Positions 18,570 to 27,260 of a stretch of DNA of 64,000 bases are shown one piece after another. The stretch spans positions 256,001-320,000 of the forward strand of contig OY762463.1 in the NCBI GenBank assembly GCA_963665815.1. The letters run 5' to 3'. Position 1 is the first letter of the stretch; each line of letters starts with the position of its first letter. Under the pieces are notes generated by a model that did not search any database, was not told where the DNA came from, and worked only from the letters and a program-made list of their open reading frames with translations. Position numbers and translations under genes: made by a program. The DNA is from Candidatus Cloacimonadales bacterium. Lineage in GTDB: Bacteria; Cloacimonadota; Cloacimonadia; Cloacimonadales; JAIOQZ01.

Positions 18570-20410
18570 GACAATTCATTCTTCTAATGTTTATATTCCT
18601 TATTCTGGGATGTGCTTCTGTTCCTCGAGACGAAGCTGAAACATACGAGCATGCTCTTGCTGTTTATCGTTCAGGTGATTATGAACAGGCAATTCCTCTG
18701 TTGAAACATGAGCTTGATAAAGATTCCGATTATGCAAATCTTTATGAAGTACTCGCTCATTCATTTTATATGACAGGCCATCCTGATTCCACTATGAAAT
18801 ACCTGAAAAAAGGTGAGAGCTTCTGGAAGAAAAACATCGAAAACGCTTTATTGTCGGTAAAAACACAGATTACTACAAAGGAATCCCAGAAAGATTTCCT
18901 CAGCTATGTTAACAGTGTTGCAAGAAAGTTTGATATGGATCCCGGACTTCTTCTGGCGTTCATGCATCAGGAAAGTGCTTTCAAGGTTGATGCCATTTCT
19001 TCTGCAGGTGCTGTTGGACTTGTACAGTTGATGCCGGCAACAGCAAAAGCTCTTGGCTTGAAAGTACCTCCGGAAAACTATGTAAAAGAACCGGAGATAA
19101 AAGACCATAAACAGGACGAGAGATTCCATCCCGGTAAAAACATTTATGCTTCAGCTCGTCATATCAGTTTTCTGCTTCAACACTACAAAAAGGGGAAGAA
19201 AAAAAGAACTGACTTGCAAAAGGCAATTGCTGCATATCTTTCAGGAACAGGTAATGTAAAAGACAGTATTCCAAACTATGCAAAGCATTATGTAAATAAG
19301 GTTTCCGGATATTATAAAGATTACAGATATAATGATAAAACAAAGGCAAAAGCAGCGGATTTGTATAACAAAAGAAATAAAGGGAAGCAATTCTTCAGTT
19401 CATATAGTACCGGGAAAATCTCAAAGGGACTGAATTCTGTCAGTAAATACATCAAAAAGATGAACAATCTTGGGATTGATATACAGCGTTCAGCTTTCTA
19501 CAACAATCTTGCACTTGCAAGCAATGCACTAGGGGAAAATCAGAAAGCGGATTCATTATTCAATATTGCTGTTTCTCTTGATCCAAAGAATGTAACAACT
19601 TATACAAACTATGCTGTTTTTCTGTATAATACGGATCAAATGGATAAATGTTTGAATCTCCTGCTTCATCCACCTACTAATGATCTTGAGTTGATCCTGG
19701 TTTTAAAATCCGGTATTTACCTGGCAAAGAAGCAATATAATAAGGCTGTAGGAACTGCTGAAAATGGAATCAGAATGTATCCTGACAATCTGCTTTTGAG
19801 TAATAATCTGGCTCTTGGATATTTCTTCACACGTGAACGAGACAAAGCATTGTCTATATTGAGCTCTCTAACAAGCGAAGCAGATAATCAGGTGATTATC
19901 AATAATTACCTCTGCGTACTATACGATTACTATTATGCTGAGCAATCTCGAATCACTTATACATTGTTTACCAGACTTAATGATGAAGCTCAATCTGAAT
20001 ACATATGGCCAACCGATAGAATTAACATTTCTTCTTATTATGGGTGGAGACCTAATCCGGTTCTACGTAATTGGGATGATAGACTGGAAGATTTGGATTT
20101 TCACTATGGGATAGATATTCCCGGTGCTGAAGGTGATCCTATCTATGCTGTGAAATCAGGTATCGTTACAACCTCTACATTCAATGATGTCTCCGGAAAT
20201 GTTGTTGTACTGCAGCATGATGATGGTGGATATTCTGTTTACTACCACATGAGTAAGAGGGTTTCCGCAAAAGGAGACAGAGTTAAGCAGGGTGATATTA
20301 TAGGAGAAATTGGAACAACAGGTCGTTCTACCGGAAATCACCTTCATTATGGACTTTACGACAAAAACTGGAAACCCCTGAATCCAATTCTTTTCTATCC
20401 ATTTTTCTAA
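18563..20410 (+). CDS. Lipoprotein with TPR, SLT lytic transglycosylase, TPR and M23 endopeptidase domains
   Basis: Lipobox ILGC; SLT MHQES, GAVGLVQLMP, AAYLSG; M23 FHYGID, YYH, TGRSTGNHLHY. Confidence 0.88.
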   Translation: MVRQFILLMFIFLILGCASVPRDEAETYEHALAVYRSGDYEQAIPLLKHELDKDSDYANLYEVLAHSFYMTGHPDSTMKYLKKGESFWKKNIENALLSVKTQITTKESQKDFLSYVNSVARKFDMDPGLLLAFMHQESAFKVDAISSAGAVGLVQLMPATAKALGLKVPPENYVKEPEIKDHKQDERFHPGKNIYASARHISFLLQHYKKGKKKRTDLQKAIAAYLSGTGNVKDSIPNYAKHYVNKVSGYYKDYRYNDKTKAKAADLYNKRNKGKQFFSSYSTGKISKGLNSVSKYIKKMNNLGIDIQRSAFYNNLALASNALGENQKADSLFNIAVSLDPKNVTTYTNYAVFLYNTDQMDKCLNLLLHPPTNDLELILVLKSGIYLAKKQYNKAVGTAENGIRMYPDNLLLSNNLALGYFFTRERDKALSILSSLTSEADNQVIINNYLCVLYDYYYAEQSRITYTLFTRLNDEAQSEYIWPTDRINISSYYGWRPNPVLRNWDDRLEDLDFHYGIDIPGAEGDPIYAVKSGIVTTSTFNDVSGNVVVLQHDDGGYSVYYHMSKRVSAKGDRVKQGDIIGEIGTTGRSTGNHLHYGLYDKNWKPLNPILFYPFF

Positions 20411-20446
20411 ACTTTTTCATACACTCAAATTCCTGAAAGAAAACAT

Positions 20447-20474
20447 TTGACTATATGCATAATACTTTTAGAAT
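20447..20474 (+). promoter_or_regulatory. Sigma70 promoter predicting a leaderless transcript at ATG 20481
   Basis: TTGACT-16 nt-TAGAAT, then 6 nt, then ATG; no SD. Confidence 0.6.
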
Positions 20475-20480
20475 ATTAGC

Positions 20481-21665
20481 ATGGAAAAATATTTTTTTAG
20501 ATGTATTAATTGCGGAAAGAGCTTTCATGATGTAAATTTCATGTATACATGTCCGGAATGCTATGAATCAAGATTTGATCAACCTCCCAAAGGTTATCTG
20601 AAAATGGAGTACAAGTATTCGGAAATCAGTGAAAAGCACTCATGTATTGATAAAGAACTACTTCTGGATCTACTGCCGTTAAAATCTCTGGCAAGCTTAC
20701 CTACACTTAACGTTGGCAATACTCCTTTGTATGACATTACTCACAATCTGAGTTTATCTGATAATAACTGTAGATTGTATGCAAAAGATGATTCACAGAA
20801 TCCGACATTCTCATATAAAGACAGAGCTTCTGCACTTGTTTCTGCTTTTGCTAAAGAGCAGGGAATAGATTCAATTGTGGCTGCTTCTACAGGAAATGCC
20901 GGATCGTCAATTGCAGGGATTTGTGCTAACCAGAACCAGAAAGCTATTGTTTTCGTTCCGGCATCTGCACCGGAAGCCAAATTAACTCAGATTAACCTTT
21001 ATGGTGCAGAATTAATAAGAGTAAATGGTACATACGATCAGGCATTTGATGAGAGCTTGAGGTATTCTGAGAAAACCGGTTGCTTTAACAGAAATACAGG
21101 ATATAATCCACTCACTGTAGAAGGTAAGAAAACTGCTGCTTTTGAACTGGTTGCCGAATTGGAATCCATAGACAGAATTTTTGTACCTGTTGGTGATGGT
21201 GTTATTATTTCAGGTGTTTTCAAAGGCTTTGAAGATTTGATTAAATGTGGGATGGCGAAGAAAATTCCTGAGATTATTGCAGTACAGTCAATTCAAAGCA
21301 GTAATCTTGTAAATAATCTTAGCTCAGATCAGTTTAACTCAGAGGAATGCACGACTGTCGCAGATTCAATATCAGTAGCCATTCCCAGAAACTTTTATAT
21401 GGCAAGGGATTATATAAACAGGTACAATTGCAGAACTGTATTGGTCTCTGATTCGGAAATCTTAGATGCATCCGCAGAGTTATGCAGAAAAACAGGTCTT
21501 TTCAGTGAGCCGGCCGGAGCATCATCCTATGCCGGATTCAAGAGGTACTGTGAATTATATGACAATTCAGGTGTGAACGTTATATTATTGACAGGAAGCG
21601 GTCTGAAGGATATAAAGACAATGCAGAGATATTTAAATCAACAAAAAGAAGGTATAAATGAGTAG
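20481..21665 (+). CDS. Threonine synthase-like PLP enzyme (fold type II)
   Basis: N-terminal CxxC...CxxC; NPTFSYKDR (PLP Lys), ASTGNAG, VPVGDG, EPAGA, LLTGSGLKD. Confidence 0.85.
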   Translation: MEKYFFRCINCGKSFHDVNFMYTCPECYESRFDQPPKGYLKMEYKYSEISEKHSCIDKELLLDLLPLKSLASLPTLNVGNTPLYDITHNLSLSDNNCRLYAKDDSQNPTFSYKDRASALVSAFAKEQGIDSIVAASTGNAGSSIAGICANQNQKAIVFVPASAPEAKLTQINLYGAELIRVNGTYDQAFDESLRYSEKTGCFNRNTGYNPLTVEGKKTAAFELVAELESIDRIFVPVGDGVIISGVFKGFEDLIKCGMAKKIPEIIAVQSIQSSNLVNNLSSDQFNSEECTTVADSISVAIPRNFYMARDYINRYNCRTVLVSDSEILDASAELCRKTGLFSEPAGASSYAGFKRYCELYDNSGVNVILLTGSGLKDIKTMQRYLNQQKEGINE

Positions 21666-23811
21666 TATTCTCAGAGTAGATGGAATAAGAAAACTCGAAG
21701 GTAAAACAAAATATGTAGATGACTATACTTTCCCTGCTATGCTTCACGGAGCTGTAATCTGCTCGACAATTCATAAGGGAAAGATTATTAAAATACAATA
21801 TCCTAATCAATTAAATCCGAGTGATTTCGTAATATGTTCAGCCAGCGATATTCCTGGAATGAATGTTGTGCCTGAACCTGTATCAGATGGTGTTTTCCTC
21901 ACTGATGGAGAAGTAAGATATTTGGGGCAGCCCATACTTTGTGCTGCACATGCAGATAAACAGATGCTTCATGAATTTATCAGAGATACAAAAATTGTAT
22001 ATGAAGAATACAGTGAAGAGCTTGCCTGCACAAATTACAAAAAGTGTCTTGAGAATGAGGCCAATGCATTTGGTAGAGCAATTGAGATTGATCATGGTAA
22101 AAAGCACGATATAGATGATTCCTGGGTTCATTTGAAGAAGATATACTTTACCCCACATCAGGAACAGGCTTATCTTGAAACTCAGGGAATGATTGCCAGT
22201 TATAATAAAGCCAGCGGAACAATGAATATTCTGGGATCAATGCAATGTCCGTATTTCGTGAAAGATGCAGTAGAACAGATTATGGGAGATGCTGTTTCAG
22301 AAGTAGTGGTTGAAGTAGCTGAAGGTGTAGGCGGTGCATTTGGAGGGAAGGAGGATTTCCCAAACAATATTGCGGGGTTTGCTGCTCTGCTCAGTTACAA
22401 ATCACATTGTCCTGTGAAGATAGTTTTAGATAGAAATCAGGATATGATGATTACAACCAAAAGACATCCATCCAGAATCGAAATTGATTCTTATGTTGAT
22501 CCTGAAACAAAGAAGATAAAAAAGATGTCTATAGATTACAGGCTTGATGCAGGATGTTTCCAGACGTTATCTCCTGTCGTGCTGTCTCGTGGTGTGTTAC
22601 ATGCATCAGGTGTATATGCTTGTGATGATGTGTACATTCTTGGTAGGTTGTTCAGATCGAATACTCCGCCTAATGGTGCATTCAGAGGTTTTGGTGCTCC
22701 TCAGGCAATATTCGCTGTTGAAAGCCATATTGAAGACCTTGCAGAGATGCTGAATGTTTCACCTGTAGAATTCCGAGAGTTGAATCTCCTTACTGATAAT
22801 GACAAACTTCCTTCAACACAGATGGTTGACACTTCACCCTTGTATGAATGCTGGAATGAATTGCTTAGTGAATCTGATTTCAGAGCAAAATACAAAGAAT
22901 TCGAGGACTGGAACAAGTCTCATAAGATAAAAAAGGGGATTGGACTTTCTCTGACTTATCATGGTGGAGGTTACACGGGTAATGGAGAAAAGGTTTTGGC
23001 ATCTGAAGTAAAAATTACTCTCACAGCAGATAGTTCTGTCGAAGTTTTTGTTTCCAATGTTGATATGGGACAGGGTTGCAGTACAACTCTGGCTCAGAGA
23101 GTTGCAGAAGGTTTGCAGTACCCTGTTGAAAAAGTTATTGTCAATACCCCGGACACAAGTAAAACACCGAATTCCGGTCCTACAGTTGCTTCCAGAACAA
23201 TCTATGTTGTAGGAAAAATCCTGTTTGATCTGGCAAAAGACATCAGAAATCAAGTTGGTGATATAGAAACATATTTTAATACTGGGAAAGCACTTCCTGT
23301 TGAGTTTAAAGGTAAGTTTGCTCCTGATCCTACAGTTGTATTTGATGAAGATACATATAAAGGAACAGGTTACAGAGATTACTCCTGGGCAGCCTGTGCA
23401 GTAGAAGTCACATATGATCCGGTTTTGTTTACTATCAAAGTTGATAAAATATGGAATGTACTGGATATCGGTAAAGTAGTGAATCCTTCAATTGCAGAAG
23501 GACAGGTCGCCGGAGCTGTTGTACAGGGAATTGGCTATGGAACAACTGAGATTACATATAAACCCGGAATTGGTAAAACTGCCGGACTTTCAAACTATGT
23601 TGTCCCAATAATTCAGGATGCACCGGACATACACATTAAATTTGTGAATACAGATTGTGATATTGCAAAGGGTCTTGGAGAAATTCCAATGAATTATCCT
23701 GCTCCGGCAGTGAGAAATGCCCTTAAACATGCTACGGGTATAACTCTTGATGAAATACCTCTGCTTCCTGAACTGATTTTTGATGAATGGAGTAAAAATG
23801 AAAACAAATAA
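21658..23811 (+). CDS. Xanthine dehydrogenase family molybdopterin-binding subunit
   Basis: QAYLE, GGAFGGK, TKRHP, AFRGFGAPQ, DMGQG, GPTVASR, EGQVAG, KGLGE. Confidence 0.93.
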   Translation: MSSILRVDGIRKLEGKTKYVDDYTFPAMLHGAVICSTIHKGKIIKIQYPNQLNPSDFVICSASDIPGMNVVPEPVSDGVFLTDGEVRYLGQPILCAAHADKQMLHEFIRDTKIVYEEYSEELACTNYKKCLENEANAFGRAIEIDHGKKHDIDDSWVHLKKIYFTPHQEQAYLETQGMIASYNKASGTMNILGSMQCPYFVKDAVEQIMGDAVSEVVVEVAEGVGGAFGGKEDFPNNIAGFAALLSYKSHCPVKIVLDRNQDMMITTKRHPSRIEIDSYVDPETKKIKKMSIDYRLDAGCFQTLSPVVLSRGVLHASGVYACDDVYILGRLFRSNTPPNGAFRGFGAPQAIFAVESHIEDLAEMLNVSPVEFRELNLLTDNDKLPSTQMVDTSPLYECWNELLSESDFRAKYKEFEDWNKSHKIKKGIGLSLTYHGGGYTGNGEKVLASEVKITLTADSSVEVFVSNVDMGQGCSTTLAQRVAEGLQYPVEKVIVNTPDTSKTPNSGPTVASRTIYVVGKILFDLAKDIRNQVGDIETYFNTGKALPVEFKGKFAPDPTVVFDEDTYKGTGYRDYSWAACAVEVTYDPVLFTIKVDKIWNVLDIGKVVNPSIAEGQVAGAVVQGIGYGTTEITYKPGIGKTAGLSNYVVPIIQDAPDIHIKFVNTDCDIAKGLGEIPMNYPAPAVRNALKHATGITLDEIPLLPELIFDEWSKNENK

Positions 23812-24280
23812 AATCTTTGTTAAGTTTAAACTTAATAACAATAAAACCAGGATAGAAGTTGATCCACTGAAACGTGTTCTGGATTTGCTAAGAGATGATT
23901 TTGATTTGAAATCACTAAAAGAAGGATGCGGTGAAGGTGAATGCGGAGCCTGTACCATACTGCTTAATGGAAAACCTGTTACAAGTTGTATATTCAGAGC
24001 AGGTCAACTTGAGAGTACGGAAGTACTAACTCTGGAAGGAATCAGAGAATCTGAGCTGGGAAAGATTATTATTGAAGCTTTTCATAACAATAATGCTGTA
24101 CAATGCGGATTTTGTTTCCCCGGATTTCTCATGACTACTTACGCATATATTCTGTCAGGTGGAGATACACGGCAGGATAATATTAAAAGAGCTCTGGCAG
24201 GGAATATCTGCCGTTGCACAGGTTATGACAAGATTATTAAATCTGTTATTGATGCAATCAATACTTATTGCCAGAAGTAA
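23798..24280 (+). CDS. Xdh-family (2Fe-2S)-binding subunit
   Basis: KEGCGEGECGACT, QCGFCFPG, GNICRCTGY. Confidence 0.95.
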   Translation: MKTNKIFVKFKLNNNKTRIEVDPLKRVLDLLRDDFDLKSLKEGCGEGECGACTILLNGKPVTSCIFRAGQLESTEVLTLEGIRESELGKIIIEAFHNNNAVQCGFCFPGFLMTTYAYILSGGDTRQDNIKRALAGNICRCTGYDKIIKSVIDAINTYCQK

Positions 24281-24289
24281 GGATAAACT

Positions 24290-25126
24290 ATGAACCATAA
24301 AACACATATTGTAACAGACCTTACCGAATTACTTACATTGATTAGCTCAGACACCAAACCCTGGTTCGTTGCCGGTGGAACTGATATAAGTCTGAACATT
24401 TCAAGAAATCAACTTCCGAAGAATTCTGATATATATTTTATCAGTGGAATAAAATGCTTGAAAAGTATTACGAAAAGCAATGGATATATAAAAATAGGAG
24501 CTCTAAGTTCAATCACTGATATTCTGGAGTCTTCAATTATTAATGAAAGTCTTCCATTTCTCAGGGAGGCTCTTAAAGATTTTGCTTCAGCACAGATCAG
24601 AAATGTTGCAACACTTACGGGAAATATTGCCAATGGTTCCCCCACTGCTGATACAATACCTATACTGCTTGTTCTTGAGGCGGAGCTTCTCTTAAGTTCT
24701 AACAAAGGCTCCAGAGTCGTATCACTCTCTGATTTCTTTACAGATTACAAAACGAATGTACTTGAGAATAATGAGGTTATTACCGAGATACTCATTCCGG
24801 ATAAAAATAAGAATTCTGAACTGTTCAGCTATAAAGTCGGCAATAGATCAGCTCTGACAATCGCAAAAGTAAACATTGCAATATTGAAGGGAGAAGTAGT
24901 AAAAATTGCTGCAGGAAGTGTTAATAGTTATCCTATAAGACTTTTTTCTCTAGAGAAACTGATAATCGAAAAAGGTATTGAAAGGTTGACAACACAGGAT
25001 ATAGAAAATGAATTGGCAAATCTGATAACACCAATAACCGACTTCAGATCAACTTCAGAATACAGATATACTGTTACAAGGAACCTTATATGCAGTACAT
25101 TAGATTCCATAAAGCAAAACTCCTGA
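24290..25126 (+). CDS. Xdh-family FAD-binding subunit
   Basis: AGGTD, QIRNVATLTGNIANGSPTAD, PITDFRSTSEYR. Confidence 0.93.
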   Translation: MNHKTHIVTDLTELLTLISSDTKPWFVAGGTDISLNISRNQLPKNSDIYFISGIKCLKSITKSNGYIKIGALSSITDILESSIINESLPFLREALKDFASAQIRNVATLTGNIANGSPTADTIPILLVLEAELLLSSNKGSRVVSLSDFFTDYKTNVLENNEVITEILIPDKNKNSELFSYKVGNRSALTIAKVNIAILKGEVVKIAAGSVNSYPIRLFSLEKLIIEKGIERLTTQDIENELANLITPITDFRSTSEYRYTVTRNLICSTLDSIKQNS

Positions 25127-25695
25127 TAGTTTTTTGCATAGCTTTATTTGGATGTGGTCCGGCTTTGTCCACATTTCAATCAGATTCACTTCGTTTATAT
25201 AAAGGAAACGGGTATCAAGTTTCATATCCTGTTTCCGCAAGAGTCAGAACAGAGCTTGCTAACACGGATGCTCGAGATGAACTTCATATAGAAGGAGCAC
25301 AGATAACAATTGAAGGCAGGCGTGTACCTTCTTTTGATCTCGTTATAAGAACTTACAAGAACAGAAACAGTAAAGGACTAAACAGGTGGATTTACGACTA
25401 TTATGAGAAGAAGTGGCAGCAGACAAGGAATCTGCTTAGTCCTCCGACTCTTCCTGTTGACATGCATGGAAATCTCTCCAGTAATTATGTAAGTGATACA
25501 ACTGTTGGCCCATACAAGGCTATCGTTGTGAATACACCTGATATAAAATACATTACGAGAACATTTTACGTGTGTAACAACAAAATAGTATATGCAATTG
25601 AATATAAAGATTTCGAGCTGGCATACAATCCTCTTGCAGATGTACAGCTTAGTATTTATTCCTTAATACTTAACACTTTTCAATTAACTCAGTAA
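25090..25695 (+). CDS. Hypothetical lipoprotein (possibly PsbP/Mog1-like fold)
   Basis: Lipobox LFGC; Y.VSYP near the N-terminus and ILNTF at the C-terminus; start uncertain (overlaps the upstream gene). Confidence 0.55.
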   Translation: MQYIRFHKAKLLIVFCIALFGCGPALSTFQSDSLRLYKGNGYQVSYPVSARVRTELANTDARDELHIEGAQITIEGRRVPSFDLVIRTYKNRNSKGLNRWIYDYYEKKWQQTRNLLSPPTLPVDMHGNLSSNYVSDTTVGPYKAIVVNTPDIKYITRTFYVCNNKIVYAIEYKDFELAYNPLADVQLSIYSLILNTFQLTQ

Positions 25696-25714
25696 ACATT
25701 CCGGGGAGATAAAA

Positions 25715-26803
25715 ATGGCAGATTTAAAATGCAGTTTATGGGGACATGAACTTAAAAATCCAATTATGCCTGCAGCGGGACCTAATTGTGTAGACGGTAA
25801 AATGCTTATTGCCGCATCAAGAGGTGGTGCAGGTGGACTTGTAATGAAAACAATATCTGTTGAACCTGCCAGAATACCTTACCCGAATATAAAACGAGTT
25901 AATAAAGATACCCTGATGAATGCCGAATTATGGTCTGAATATCCATATCAACAGTATTTAGATAAAGAATATGAGCTGGCTAAATCAACAGGACAATTTC
26001 TGATGGCAAGTATAGGCTATAGTGCTGATGAACTAAGTTTTCTGGGACCTCTCGTTGAGAAAACAGGCTTTGTAGATGCAATTGAATTCTCAGTGCATTA
26101 TGTTGGTAAGGATTATGCCACTGTTGTAGAAAATGCCAGAGCACTTAAGGAATCTGTTTCTCTACCGGTTCTGGTGAAAGTATCTCCCGGATTTCCCGAT
26201 ATTCCTGCATTCGTAAAGGCTATTGAACCTTATGTAGATGGTTTTATAGCAATTAACAGTGTTGGACCCGGATTGGATTTTGATCCGGTAACCCTTAAAC
26301 CTCTGATGGGCTCTGAAAATGGTTATGGGTATGTTTCAGGCAGGTCTATTTTCCCGATAGCTTTGCAGATTGTACATGAAATCTCTTTAAACACAGATAA
26401 ACCGATCATTGGAGTCGGAGGTATTTACTCAGGGCTGGAAGCAGTAAAAATGATGATGGCAGGTGCATCAGCCGTACAAGTATGCAGTATAATTATTGAA
26501 GAAGGACATTCAGCTTATTCCCGTATTGCAAAAGAAATGTCTGACTGGCTTGATAAAAACAGTTACAGCAGTGTGAATGAAATCGTTGGATTGTATTCTA
26601 AACAGCAGAATAATGCAGTTATGGAACGACCTTCAATGAGTATTGATTCTGATAAGTGTATCAGATGCGGAAAATGCATAAAGACATGTCTGCATCATGG
26701 TCTGAGTACAGGGGAGAAGCTGTTGCCAAAGTTTAATGAGAACTGTATTCAGTGTGGATTTTGCCAGAGTATCTGTCCTGTTAATGCTATTATAATGGAT
26801 TAA
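25715..26803 (+). CDS. PreA/dihydroorotate dehydrogenase-like FMN protein with C-terminal 2x[4Fe-4S] domain
   Basis: LKNPIMPAAGP, VMKT, NAEL, VKVSP, INS, GVGGI, AGASAVQVC; CxxCxxCxxxC twice; SCP replaced by SVH. Confidence 0.82.
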   Translation: MADLKCSLWGHELKNPIMPAAGPNCVDGKMLIAASRGGAGGLVMKTISVEPARIPYPNIKRVNKDTLMNAELWSEYPYQQYLDKEYELAKSTGQFLMASIGYSADELSFLGPLVEKTGFVDAIEFSVHYVGKDYATVVENARALKESVSLPVLVKVSPGFPDIPAFVKAIEPYVDGFIAINSVGPGLDFDPVTLKPLMGSENGYGYVSGRSIFPIALQIVHEISLNTDKPIIGVGGIYSGLEAVKMMMAGASAVQVCSIIIEEGHSAYSRIAKEMSDWLDKNSYSSVNEIVGLYSKQQNNAVMERPSMSIDSDKCIRCGKCIKTCLHHGLSTGEKLLPKFNENCIQCGFCQSICPVNAIIMD

Positions 26804-27260
26804 TCTTATGCATGTGCAACATAAATGCATTGCTGGATTCCTTTATATTAATGGAGCCATGGAGGAATGAAACTCATTTCCTTTTCTTAGCTGTAAACTA
26901 AAGTTTAACTCATACACTAAATCGATACCTGCATTTTCTCTACGAATTGTTTTACATTTAATATATTGATTAATATGACATTATGATTGAAGGATTGTTA
27001 TTTGATATGTAACATCCATGAACTCAAAATTAACTCCAATTTTTCCCATTTCAATTTTCGCTGACTAATGAAAAGAATCAATTCCAATTTCATTCAATCC
27101 GTTTCAGTCCATGTAAACCTGCAGTATATTAATTTTCGAGTATTTTATTTTTTGTGGATCAAATGAAATTTAGATTTTTCGGAATAATATGTGCTTAATA
27201 ATGTTAATAATATTAACTTTTACTTGACTGTGAAAAACATAGTCAGGATTAAATTGCAGT

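Noticed and set aside
20481-21665. Assigning the symbol thrC, or xdhA/B/C and preA to the downstream genes
   Set aside because: Family membership is clear but substrate is not; context and the altered active site argue against firm names
26804-27260. 457-bp intergenic gap with short minus-strand ORFs (e.g. MKLELILFISQRKLKWEK..., MSFIPPWLH)
   Set aside because: No recognisable motif or RNA structure; a gene remnant or small peptide cannot be supported from sequence alone
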